A DNA stretch of 64,000 bases from Octopus vulgaris (taxonomy: Eukaryota). Location: NCBI GenBank assembly GCA_951406725.2, contig OX597819.1, positions 21,948,001-22,012,000 of the forward strand, in the 5' to 3' direction. Below, piece after piece: positions 26,700 to 40,510 of this stretch; positions within the stretch are counted from its first letter, which is position 1, and each line of letters starts with the position of its first letter. The position numbers were made by a program, and so were the translations under genes. The notes below the pieces were generated by a model. It worked only from the letters and a program-made list of their open reading frames with translations. It did no database searches and was not told where the DNA came from.

Positions 26700-26860
26700 C
26701 TGAACGGTTTTAATCGAACAATGCGACTCCACTACCTTTTTCAAGTTTTTGGTACTCACCATATAGGTCTCGACAGAAAAACTATATTGCGGGGACATGA
26801 ACAAACCAACACCGGTTGCCAAGCCGTGGTGGGGACAGAGACTCGGAGACACACGTATAT
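26700..26860 (-). mobile_element. SINE family B fragment
   Basis: GCGGGGACATGAACAAACCAACACCGGTTGCCAAGCCGTGGTGGGGACAG resembles the family B reverse complement. Confidence 0.6.
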
Positions 26861-28299
26861 ATTCATATTCATATACATATGTGTGTGTGTACGTTTGTGT
26901 GTGTCTGATCCCAAGGCATTGATCAGCTCGGCGGTGGTGGTGGTGGTGGTGGGGCTGCTGCACCGACGTACGTGGATGCTAATTAAGATTATCTTCCTGG
27001 CAATACAGCCATACTTGTGCCAAATGCTGAACAACATTTCAGAAATAAAGTTGTTGCGTCTAAAAATGTTAGAAACCTTGGTAGAGAATGGCTTGACTAC
27101 TGAAAGACACTTGATTGATTCTATTTGCTACAAATGATTACTGAAGGAAATACATTGAGCCAAAATCCCTCCTGCTCCAGCAGAAAGGATCACAAACACC
27201 TGGTTATTACCGATAGCCAAATGATCGTCTTTAAAGTTATAAATCGATCAAAGAAACTTTCCAAGGAACCAATTTCTCTGTGCTTCAGTTCATTTTGGTA
27301 CTATGTTCACGGTCATTTCTTTCTACAGAAAGAGACAGCAACGTAAATCATGGTTTCTTTGCGAACCAGATAAACGGCTATAATAGAATCAATTGGATTT
27401 ATTGACAATATTTTCTGTTGATAGACAAATGGAAATCAGCCGAGAGTAACGTTTATATTTGATAGTTAAACGCGTAATAAACAACTTCCTTAATATCTGC
27501 GGCCTCTTTACTCCCTTCCACATAACGTGCACAAGAAATACCAAGGCAAATTCGAATGTAACTGGGCTAATTCGGAATAGGCAACAAAATATATTGACAT
27601 AGAAGTTGAATGTACCGCAGAGGATACTTCTTTCAAAATCGTTTTGAAAGGGAGCATTTACGGACTACTTCGAAAACTATGGGTTTCTTATCGCATCACT
27701 GCCAATACGTATGGTGCACTTGGCTTCGGTATTAAATGTCATTTGCGACAGTGTTGAAAACTTAGATTTGGAGGCAAAAAAATTATTAACAACACGTACT
27801 TTTCAAAATGTCAGATCACGCCTCAGTTCCAAATATAACATGTGACTCAGTACATGTTGGATGGTTGGATCATCTGTGACGAAACCCAACTTAGATTTGA
27901 AAAAATTTATTGTTTCGCACAAGGAAACAACCTTGACAGAAATAGCAGCCGAGTGGAGTGATGCAGGTGTTTCCTTGTTAAATTCTGCCAAATCTCCGAC
28001 TACTCTTTCATCCAGTCGCCTGTCCAACTGTCAGGATCATGTCTCTCTGCAAAATCCAGATGATCGGGACAAGATATTGGGTATGTTAGCAAATCTCTAT
28101 ATTAAATAAATGTCTAAGTAAGCTAGACTCTTCGGGCAAAGAAAGAGGCCAGCTAATACGCGCTTCATATATGTAATCTGTAAGACTTCGTAAGATCAGC
28201 ATGTAACAATTATCGTTGTTATAATCCAAATTGTAGAATTGTTTCTTTTTTATAAACCAGCTTCGTCCTTCAAGGAACAATTCTAATAAACAAAATTCA

Positions 28300-30491
<2,192 letters not shown>

Positions 30492-31444
30492 AGTATGTAT
30501 ACACCTTCATACATATGTTTACATACATCCAAATTTGTCTTTCGAAATGAAAGAAAAAATTGAGCAAGCGGTATAATTAATAAAAAATAAAAATTAAAGA
30601 ATATTTTATGAAATAAATAAATAGATATTCAAATAAAGTAAGATAAAAAAAAATCTTGAAGAATAATGTAAAATAAAATAATCGAAGTTTAAAAATTGAA
30701 AAATCAAATGCAAAATTCAAAGCGACGAGAATAGGAGTGAGAGGATGAGAGAAGGAAAGAGATAGATGGAATGAGAGAGGGGGAGGCAAAAGAGATACAG
30801 GAAGAGAGTGGAGACAGAAAGAGAGAGAGGGTGATATTGAGATGGGGAGGAGAGAGAGAGAGTGAGAGCAAGGGAGTGAGACTGGAATTTTTTGATATGT
30901 TTTATTTAAAGTATGTTATCGATTTTACAGCAATGTTTTATGAATCGTTACGACTCCGTACAGATTGCACAAACAAACGCACAGATATATTCCCGTTTAA
31001 TGTCAAAACAAAAACAGGAATGGTGAAATGGAAAACAAACCATTTGCAATATTTTGACAATAATCGGTTGATGGAAAATAGTCAATGCAATAACTATCAA
31101 CTAAATACTTTTATTTATTTATTTATTAGCAAACGATGGTGTTTTTCTTTCTGTTATTTTATTTTCATTTATTTTTTTTCTTTGCATAACCAGAAAAAAA
31201 TTTTTTTCTCAAAAAAATTAAGTATTTTAATGTGTGTTTATCTTTTTAGCTATTTCATAGTTTAATTTTTCTTTAGTTTTACTTTTCTTCTAAATTGCTT
31301 TTTCTGTTTTTTTTAAATTTTATTTTGGAAGGGTGGAAGTTGTACTAAAAGTATTTGAAATATTTTAATGTCAATATGCCCCTCCTGTAAGGCCGATAAT
31401 TTATAATTTTTCCTCACAATTTCTAACTTTATAGATAGATAGAC

Positions 31445-31497
<53 letters not shown>

Positions 31498-31766
31498 CAA
31501 ACAGACACACAGACAGATTGATAGATAGAGAGATCGACCGGCAGATAGGTATGTAGGCGGGGAGGTATGCTCGTTCTCACTTTCTGGCTCCTTCTTCCTT
31601 ATTTCTTCCCGCATCTTTTATTTATATGTATCTGTTGCAAATTATATATCTATCTGACTAGTTATATACCTAACTATCTATTTACCGATATGTGTGCGTC
31701 TGTGTGGGCGTATGTATACATATATAGAAAGTGAGAGCAGCTAGATAGAGTGGGACAGCGAGAGAT

Positions 31767-31814
<48 letters not shown>

Positions 31815-32189
31815 GATAGATAGATAGACAGACAGCCGGATGGATGGATAAATAGATAGATAGATAATCCTTTTCCCTTCAAAAATCCTTTCCTCATTCG
31901 ACCACCTTCCCCAAACTGTTCTCTTTATCGATGATTGTAAAAATATTTCTCTCTACTGATCGCTCTTTTCTTTTCAATGGAAAACTATCCTTGGTTGCAT
32001 CCCCATCGTTTATATCATAAAAAATACGAAGTCTTCTCTGAGAAAGGGAAAACTTGCATATAGCTAAGTACAATAGAATATGCAGTTTGTTTGTAAAGGG
32101 ACACGTTGAATGCGAGAGTTGTGCGTCTATATATACATATATATATATATATATAGGACGCAATCATAGATCGTTAGCTCGTACACGCA

Positions 32190-32368
32190 TTTTTTTCTCT
32201 CCTTGTTTCTCTCCTTGTTTTTTTTTTTTCTGTGTATCTTTCTGTCGAAGAGCGTAGGCTCGAAACGAAAAAGACTTCTTCTATTTCTATTCCTGAGCGC
32301 TATACAATTACATTTGTTTCTTTGTACTCCACCTGCCTTCATCTTTTGTTTATTTTCGTAAGCTTTCC

Positions 32369-32372
<4 letters not shown>
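32190..32372 (+). mobile_element. Non-coding mini-element (Penelope pLTR-like) with a variant hammerhead motif, followed by (TA)n
   Basis: TCTTT-CTGTCGAA-GAGC-GTAG-GCTC-GAA-ACGA-A-AAAGA at 32237-32274; (TA)n starts at 32373. Confidence 0.68.
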
Positions 32373-32414
<42 letters not shown>

Positions 32415-32976
32415 ACATTGTATTAGTAGGTTGCACCTCCTATCTTATGTGTTGCTATATTACAGTCTTGCGACTATAATACGGGGGATTACAATGCTTC
32501 TGAGCTGTATTACAGAATTATTACTGCATATTACGCCATATTACAATACATTGCAGTCATGCGGGGGTGAATCAAAGTTATTCTGCAGATTCACAATGAT
32601 TCATTTATCTTGAAATTTTGGAATCTCTCTCTCTCGTTTTTTTTTTTTAATAGCTATTAGGAATGCAAGAGCGTCAACTGTGTCTTTTATTGACATTTTA
32701 AGACTGATGACATCTATTGCTGATGCACTGTTTGAGTAGCTACAAGGCAATGTCTGAAGGTAAAGGGAAAATGTACGTAGGGGGACAACTGAAGGGGATA
32801 AAGATTTGGATGAAATGCTAAGCTAGTGACATTGGGAGCGGCAGGAAGAGAAGTCACAATTGCCTCCAGAGTACGTGGTTTCGAATGCGGTAAACAGGTC
32901 ACTATATCAGAGAATCAGAGGATGCTACCACACACACACTCATACACCCCACCCCGCGTGCATACATATATGTCTG

Positions 32977-33022
<46 letters not shown>

Positions 33023-33024
<2 letters not shown>

Positions 33025-33170
33025 GGAGTAAAAACATAAATGTGAAACAAGGTGGAGAAAAAGAGTACTCAAATACCAGAGGTAGAGTAATATGATTTAT
33101 TTAAAAGCAGCAGAAATATAACGAAAGCTGTTACTCAGAGTTTCACGTTCCCGCTCGTTCGACGAACGGA
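33023..33170 (-). mobile_element. Penelope-like pLTR fragment with hammerhead remnant, abutting (TA)n
   Basis: Minus strand reads GCG-GGAA-CGT-GAA-ACTC-T-GAGT-A-ACAGC, with a short inverted junction at 33148-33171. Confidence 0.5.
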
Positions 33171-33570
33171 ATACTTGTGACTTATGTCGTTTTGTTATTT
33201 CATTATTCTATTGTGTAATAATTCTTGCCATGTCTTCTGATATATATCACATTTTTGTGTCTGTGTGTCCAATTCATCCATCTGTACTTACATGGTTGCG
33301 TATCCTCAATGTGCCTATCCTTATACACTTCTATAGATGTGGAAGTATCTATACACCGAAAGTGTTGAAGTGTATTTGTGAGTGTATAAACCCACGAAGA
33401 GGCACCTAAAGCCGTATGTTAACATGTCTGTGTCTACATACAGATACATACGCAGAACTGTGTGAATATGTCGGTGCGTGCGCACGCCTATAGGCATATG
33501 TGCTGGACTGTGTACGTGTGCGTGTGAGTACGTATGCGTGTACCTCGGTCTTTATGTCGGTATTTAAGAG

Positions 33571-33799
33571 GCGGCGAGCTGGCAGAAACGTTAGCACGCC
33601 GGGCGAAATGCGTAGCCGTATTTCGTCTGTCGTTACGTTCTGATTTCAAATTCCGCCGAGGTCGACTTTGCCTTTCATCCTTTCGGGGTCGATAAATTAA
33701 GTACCAGTTACGCACTGGGGTCGATGTAATCGACTTAATACCTATGTCTGTCCTTGTTGTCCCCTCTGTCTTTAGCGCCTTGTGGGTAATAAAGAAATA
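33571..33799 (+). mobile_element. SINE family A, young left-arm-only copy
   Basis: GGCGGCGAGCTGGCAGAAACGTTAGC head; 12-bp TSD GGTATTTAAGAG at 33559-33570 and 33800-33811. Confidence 0.93.
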
Positions 33800-34247
33800 G
33801 GTATTTAAGAGTGTACAAGAACCATAAAGATACAGGAGCCAGGCCCAGTGCCCCAGCACATCAGGTTTGATTCCTCTCTTCACTAAGCAGTATCATATCA
33901 CGGGTCATTAATACCTGCTTAATTCTGCGTGAGAGCGAGTGAATATGCCCCAGACTACGCGTGTGTGTGTGTGTGTGTGTGTGTGCTTGTACGTGACTGT
34001 GCGTTTGTACGAGCCTGTGTACATGGGCCAGATTACGAATATGTGGGGGTTTGCATATCCATATCTACTAACGGTTATATGTGATAACTTTTTCGCTTTA
34101 TTGTATATTTGTTTCGTTTTGTATTTGATCTTCATTATTGGTCTTCTATAAGAATGAAGTGTCCTTCAATTTGCTATTTCTATGTACCGAGCCCAAGAAG
34201 TAAATATGCAATAATACGTTGCGAGAAACAAAGTTTATTTTTACGAG

Positions 34248-34505
34248 ATGTGTTGTGCTCTTGAGCAAGACACTTTACTTCACGTTGCTCCAGTTCACTC
34301 AGCTGTAGAAAGAAGCTGTTACGTCATTGGAGCTAAACTGTATCAGTATTTGCTTTTCCCTTGGATAACATCGGTGACGTGGTGAGGGGAGGCTGGTATG
34401 CATGGGTAACTGCTGGTCTTCCACAAACAAACTTGGGTAGACTTGTGCCACGGAGAGGAACTTTCTAGATGTAATCACATGGTCATTCGTCATCAACGAA
34501 GGTTT
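34248..34505 (+). mobile_element. SINE family C, 5'-truncated
   Basis: Colinear with 17232-17490 (GTGTTGTGCTCTTGAGCAAGACACTTT...GCTGGTCTTCCA). Confidence 0.85.
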
Positions 34506-34515
34506 TTTTTTACTT

Positions 34516-34555
<40 letters not shown>

Positions 34556-34557
<2 letters not shown>

Positions 34558-34720
34558 GACGGGCTTACGCACTGTTTCTGTCAACCAAATTCATTCACAA
34601 GGCATTGGTTGGCTCGGGGCTGAATTAGAAGACACTTACTAAACGTACCACGCAGTGAGACTGAACCCGAACCACATGGAGGCAAAGTGAGTTTCTTAAC
34701 CACACATCCATTGCTGTGCC
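34556..34720 (-). mobile_element. SINE family B 5' head, decayed
   Basis: Colinear with 56941-57104. Confidence 0.75.
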
Positions 34721-34744
34721 TGTTTTTGAGTATGTAGTTCAGTT

Positions 34745-35275
34745 CTCCAATTTCTTTCTGGAAATTTTTTCACCTTCTATTCCGTTTTTCGTTAAACTAA
34801 CCGGGTATTTTCTTATCTCGGGTGTCGGGATTTGATGCAATTGTGGAAATTCTTCTTGCCAGGTTAAAAGGTATATTGATTTTCGCATGCTTTGGATAGC
34901 AGGAAGAGAAGAGTAGATATTCTTTTGAGTCTGTTGGTTTCAAGTAGATGTCGGTTTCTATGCAAGTATCTCATTTTATGACTAAGATGTCCAAAAAGGG
35001 TAGCTGTTTGTGAGTGCATTCCATTCTAAATTTACGCTGTGGTTAATACATATTGTTAATTAAGTTTTTAAACTCCAAAGTTTATAAAGGTCACATGACC
35101 ACAGATTGAAACAATCGGTCAGGTACCTTTCCATGTAGCGAGTAGGTATTTTTGGAAGTTGTCACCAAATTTCAGTTTGGCGTGTTCGTATATTTGGACT
35201 TCAAAGTATGCCAATAAAAGGTTAGCAAAAGTAGGGGCTACCGTCGTTCCTATCGCAGTTCCAGATTTTTCTGCG
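34745..35275 (-). mobile_element. Penelope-like element reverse-transcriptase fragment (decayed)
   Basis: GTAIGTTVAPTFANLLLAYFE, followed across frameshifts by LPFLD, ETDIYLKPTDSKEYLLF and NIPFNLARRI, which are typical PLE RT and thumb motifs. Confidence 0.82.
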
Positions 35276-35354
35276 TGGGAATACACTTCTTTTCTCCACA
35301 TACACACACACGCACACATACACATATATATAATTATATATCTACATATACATA

Positions 35355-36238
35355 CGAGGGTGGGCTAAAAAGTTCATAGGCCGACTATGCAGGATTAAAA
35401 CTAGAGCTGTGAATTCTTACATGCATTATTTTGAACTCTCCTTGTTAACTGCATTATTTCTTTTCAGATACGCTGACATCTAACCGTTCAAAGGTTTTCA
35501 AAGTAACTGTAGCGAACCCTTTTCAAAATGAACAAAATTTGTCATCGTGGTGTCATCAAGTACCTTCAAATAGTGTTGAATCCACAGGGTCATTCATGCT
35601 GACATGGTTACTGCATAAGTGGGTGAGGCTCCAGTTTTATCAGCAGTGCAAAAGGGAGCAGCTGAATTTAGGAAGGGAATGGAGAGTCACGAAGATGCGC
35701 CAAGATCAAGACGCCCTGCAAGTGCCACCACCGACGGAAGCATTGATTGTGTTCACCACATGGTAATGAACGACAGGAGATTGACTATAAATCAAATAGC
35801 CAATGTTGTTAGAATGCCCCGTGAGAAAGTTGAATATATTCTGCACAATGAACTTGGCATAATTACATCACGGAAAAATCAGACATTCTTTGGAATTGAT
35901 CCTGGTGGTGTCCTTGAGCGTTTCCTAAACCAGGATGAGTGCTGGGTTTGTCACTTTGAGCCAGAGACAAAACGACAAGCCATGCAATGGGAACATCCCT
36001 TCTCACTTGCTCTAAAAGGACAAAGCTATTTCATCTGCAAGGACAGTGATGGCTTCAGTTTGCGGAGATCCAAAATGCATTGTGTTTATGGACTATTTTC
36101 AGAAGGACTACAATATCAATGGAGACTACTTTACTAACTTGCAGAGGCAATTATAAAAGGCTATTAAAACCAAACGAGTAGAAAACTGACTGAAGGGGTT
36201 TTGTTTCATGAGGTCAAAGCTCCCGCACAAAAGTATTT
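35355..36238 (+). mobile_element. mariner-type DNA transposon relic (internally deleted, 3'-truncated)
   Basis: TA followed by TIR-like CGAGGGTGGGCTAAAAAGTTC. ORF 35619-36137 has EDAPRSRRP, NDRRLTI..IA and DECWVCHFEPETKRQAMQW (HTH region plus first catalytic D motif). Confidence 0.88.
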
Positions 36239-36668
36239 GCGAGAGGTCCTCGCTCCCATCTCTAGCCAATCGGATAAAGAATGAGTGCCGTTAGCCAGCT
36301 GAAAGAGATGCCTTCCTGGACGCTATAGACATCAGTAGCACTGTCCTGTATAGGATTCCACACTTGGTTGGCAATTGTATGTTACGAGATATATATTTAT
36401 ATAATTAAATAATGATTAATAATTTTACCAAGTAGCTCGGTACGTTAAAATAACCTTTTTAGGTAAATTTATACAAATATTCTATAATCATAAACATATT
36501 TGTAATCAAGGGTCAGCTAATTGTTTCTCCCCGCGCCAGATTTAAAAATAGGAGTTAAATGCCTTTTCTACTCCCATAAAAGATCTCCCAGACAGTAACA
36601 CACTTTTTGCCTACGTGTATTACCGTCTGTGAAATCTTTATGGTAGCAGAAAAGGCATATATATATAT

Positions 36669-37116
36669 AGTGAGTACATTGAGAAATGCGCAAAGCAACT
36701 ACTACTACAATTTTTTATCGTTCCCTTTTACCAATGTGCTATCGGAACACCAACACAAATTAGACTAAACAAGGAAACATTCTTCATTGAAAAATATAAG
36801 CCCAAACTTAACCACTCCAACATTCTTATACAGAGAACCCCCCACCCCCAAAGGCAAGAAATATTAAGCGATTATCTCCCTTACACCGGAAGAAATCACT
36901 TATTACCTCCCCTTACCTGGAACTCTTCTTTACACTTCTCAACGAAAACATAACGATGTAAGAAATTTGGAAAGCTGAACGCGAAACCGGTCATTTCTTC
37001 AAAAACTATGTCATTGTATGAAAATAATTTATAACATTCTTCTGACATAATGACTCAAATATATATTTTTAACCTTTTAAAACAAGCCTTCTGTAGTTTT
37101 TTCACTTTTTACTATT

Positions 37117-37120
<4 letters not shown>
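36669..37120 (+). mobile_element. Penelope-like element 3' end: GIY-YIG C-terminus plus pLTR, ending in (TA)n
   Basis: 36669-36812 translates SEYIEKCAKQLLLQFFIVPFYQCAIGTPTQIRLNKETFFIEKYKPKLN (R..KE..FI..YKP.LN); hammerhead motif at 36960-36999. Confidence 0.8.
36960..36999 (+). ncRNA. Minimal type I hammerhead ribozyme motif (PLE-associated; core mutated)
   Basis: AAGAAAT-TTGGAAA-GC-TGAAC-GC-GAA-ACCGGT-C-ATTTCTT gives a 7-bp helix I, a 2-bp helix II, a palindromic helix III and a GUC cleavage triplet. Confidence 0.65.
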
Positions 37121-37179
<59 letters not shown>

Positions 37180-37189
37180 GTACCAAAAC

Positions 37190-37745
37190 TTACATGAAAT
37201 TGTCTTGAAACACTAAAGACAAAAATGTATTCTATGAAATTCCTATTGGCTTCAACCTCGGCTTCCAGACGACTTCGGAATCTCCTGCTACTCGTCTGGA
37301 CAGTCTCCTTCTTTCAGTTGGTGAATGCTGCCATAATCGCTGCCTTCAATTCATCTTTGGTGTTACAAGGATTTTCCTTGGTCTCTCGCTCAACTGCGCC
37401 CCACGCACATAATAATGAAGGAGATTGCAGTCTGGGAAGTTAGGTAGCCAGATGTTAGGGTTGTTTGGTCGCAAATGTTGTCTGACAGCCATGACTGTGT
37501 TCTCCTGCTTGTGTGACAAGGAGCAGAGTCCTGTTGCCAGATATAGGGTCTTCCAGCAGCCACCCTCTTAACCCAGGAACTCCAGGCACTTGATGTAAGC
37601 ATCCGTGTTGAGTCTGAGACTGTGTAGGAGGATGAATGGAGGTGTAACGTCGCCATCACCATGATTCTGACTCGATGTTTGATTTTTATCAATCTCGGTA
37701 CATGTTTTGAGGACACTGCAAGACAACGGTTATTCTGTGCGCTCA

Positions 37746-37747
<2 letters not shown>
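37190..37747 (-). mobile_element. Tc1/mariner superfamily transposase relic (maT/DD37D-like), 3' part
   Basis: WVKRVAAGRPYIWQQDSAPCHTSRRTQSWL, PDCN and PCNTKDELKAAIMAAF..RRFRSRLEA.VEA..NFIE. Confidence 0.82.
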
Positions 37748-37802
<55 letters not shown>

Positions 37803-38169
37803 AACATATTTATTTGTGTGTATACGCGAGCTTATGAATCAAATGGCGTAGTCAACTCAGTAGATATGCTCCTCGTTACCAAAGTTTTAATACATTAACG
37901 CTTCAGTCAATCGCTGGACGATACATTAGCACCTTCCTTTCAACAGCTCCCGTATATAGATATTCAGTTTCCAGACGTATGCATAGTTTCTGATTATGTG
38001 TATCGACTGTGAGGTGTTTTGAAGCGTCTTGGTGGAAGTGTGTAAATTGCCTCGGATTACCAAAGTCTAGCATTTTTAAACATATGATAGCGACATCTAA
38101 AAGAAAGGAAGGAGCATAAATATGGAAGGGAAACGACTGGAATCACTGAGGGATCAGGAAATAAGTTGT

Positions 38170-38610
38170 CTTGTTTAAAAGTTTGTTTTGCCACCACTCT
38201 ATTTTGGCTTCAGTCCCACTGCATAGCGATTTTAGCAATTGTCTTCTGTTACAGCCGCAAGCAGACCGATTCTTTGTGAGTGGATTTGGTAGACAGAAAT
38301 TGCAGGAAGGTCACCCAAAATATGTGTGTGAGTGTGTTTGTTAGTTTTCTTGTCTTTGTGTTTGTCATATATGCTTATGTTTGTGTATATATAAATGTGT
38401 TTCTATGTTTGTCTTTCCAACACCACCGGACAATCGGTCTTGGTTTGTTTACGTACCCATAACTTTGTGGTTCCGCAATAAAAGGCCGGTAGGGTAAGTA
38501 GCGGACATTAAATAAGTCATGTGTTCAATCTGGGCGACTAAAACCCTTCAAGGCAGTGCCCCGTTATGGCCGAAGTCCAAAGTATGACACAATAAGGACA
38601 AAGAAATAAA
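38170..38610 (+). mobile_element. SINE family B, old full-length decayed copy
   Basis: TTCAGTCCCACTGC, TTGTGAGTGGATTTGGTAGAC, an internal (TG)n, TTTACGTACCC and ATGGCCGAAGTCCAA. Confidence 0.7.
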
Positions 38611-38639
38611 GGAATCTAAACAGCCAAAGTTATTCTGCA

Positions 38640-39180
38640 AAGACTAGCACAACCAATGAGTACAACCACTCAGACTATTAGAGAATGCGGAGTATATAGT
38701 TATGCGCATGCGCTGGAAAGCCTTCTTTTGTGATTCTTTTGCCATTGAAATAATTATGGACTACTACAACTGTAGAATGCAAAAACATCCCATTGATTAA
38801 AGGCCTACAACCTTTTGGAGATGACATTTTAGCGATGGTAGAAAACAGTGGTTTCCATTATAAAACAAACGCCATTTTTAAATAACCTTATAGCTGACAT
38901 TAAGAATATTTGGAATTAAAAAATATTGTATTATTGTATATTTTGTGACAAAACAAATAACCTTTATGATGTGGGAAACAGCATCTCTAAAGAACTCCCT
39001 CGTAAATATATTACACAAAATTACAAAAATACGAGTAAATTAACACATACAAATTTAAACATTGACAAAAACTGTAGCGCAACAAAGAGAATTCGATAAT
39101 AGGTTAGACAGTCTAAGCTAATCATAAGGTGTTTGGTAGAATTAACGATCTCCAAGACATATTTGCCTCAAATTGAAAAT
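38640..39180 (+). mobile_element. Penelope-like element N-terminal ORF relic
   Basis: LLENAEYIVMRMRWKAFF, PLIKGLQPFGDDILAMVEN, ADIKNI and DKTNNLY, resembling the PLE motifs KRMRWKA and ADKT.N.Y. Confidence 0.7.
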
Positions 39181-39201
39181 GTACTTCAATTAATCCAACG
39201 G

Positions 39202-39340
39202 AAGGCGGCGAGTTGGCAGAATCGTTAGCGCGTCGAACAAACTGCTTAGCGTCATTTCTTCTGGTTCCTTAGGTTCTGAGCTTAAATTCCGCCGAGGTTG
39301 ACTTTGCTTTTCATCCTTTCGAGGACAATGATATAAGTAC
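39202..39340 (+). mobile_element. SINE family A, decayed and 3'-truncated
   Basis: AAGGCGGCGAGTTGGCAGAATCGTTAGC...AATTCCGCCGAGGTTGACTTTGCTTTTCATCCTTTCG. Confidence 0.82.
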
Positions 39341-40433
39341 ATGTTGAAGAATGGGGGAGAGGAATAGAGTGAGGAAAAAAATGTATACAAGGTTCTGGGT
39401 GTGAGATATGTGAAGTTGGCAAAACATTATGAACAAGATACGTGTGTGTGTGTGTGTATGCGCCTTTACATTTTAGTCATGAAGAAAAGCAGTGCCCATG
39501 ACTTTACACGGACGCCGCGTTGGTGGGAGGAAGGGACGAATGTATTCACAAATCGGAGACCTGGTCGGAATACTTGCAATAAAAGGAATTCCACAAGAGC
39601 GCCCGAAACTCTTCTCGTCAGACTGGTAATAATTCGAGTTACCAGCCTAACGAGAAATGCTCCGTTTATGCCTTCGAAACCAGAAGGAGCGCGGAATCCG
39701 AAGTAAAATAGGAAGGCACCGCACGAGTGCCTTCCAATATATAGGGAAAACATTTTTAAATGCAGAGGTCTTTTAAAGACGTTTATTGACTTGACCGGTT
39801 TCACTTTTTTCGTTTTAAATTTTCTAAAGTAAAGTGCAAGGCTTTGTGTAGCCTTCGTGGTGTAAAAATTATTTAACATAGACTTATTAAAATACAGTAA
39901 TAGATTCTTTGACAAAGATAAGAAAATGTTAAGAGAGGCCTTGTGTTTAAACAGTTTACATAAAAGTGTTCAGAATAAGCAGTAAAATATGTTTATAATT
40001 GTTTATAAGTTCATCAAAAATCATAATTGTTTCTAAGCAAATATACAGAAAGATTTTGTAGACAGTATTTGATAGGAGAAAGTGTGTATTGGTTAGTCAA
40101 AAGTTCATCAGATATCATAATAGTTTATAAGGATTTTAGAGGAATGACCAATGACCGACTTTTTTCCTTCATCTCCAGTCTCGTAGATGTGTTTTGCAAA
40201 GATGGTTGCTATTTTTAGAAATAGTGTAGGAGGTTATTTGGAAGCAGTCACGGGATCTGATTTAGAATCAAAAGGATTTTTTTGTTTCTGTGCTGAGTTC
40301 AAATTGGCGTGAGTGTGTGTATATGTGTGTGTGTTTGTGTGTGTGTCCACGGTTCTATATGTGTGTGTGTGTGTATATGCTTGTGTATGTGTGGGTGGGT
40401 CTATTTATATGTATTTTATATTATTAAGTCTAA

Positions 40434-40510
40434 GTAATCGACTTAATCTCTTTGTCTGTTCTTGTTTGTCCCCTCTATGTTTAGCCCCCTGTGGGTAATA
40501 AAGAAATATA
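40434..40510 (+). mobile_element. SINE family A left-arm 3' fragment
   Basis: GTAATCGACTTAATC...TTGTTTGTCCCCTCTATGTTTAGCCCC.TGTGGGTAATAAAGAAATA. Confidence 0.8.

Noticed and set aside
27850-28086. Possible + strand exon ending in G|GTATGT
   Set aside because: No clear polypyrimidine acceptor and no recognisable protein; the minus strand looks at least as coding-like.
39620-39685. Type III hammerhead reading CTGGTA...CTAACGA-GAA...TTC-GAAACCAG
   Set aside because: G5 is mutated, helix I does not close on the core, and the competing 19-bp hairpin is much stronger. Kept only as part of the structured island.
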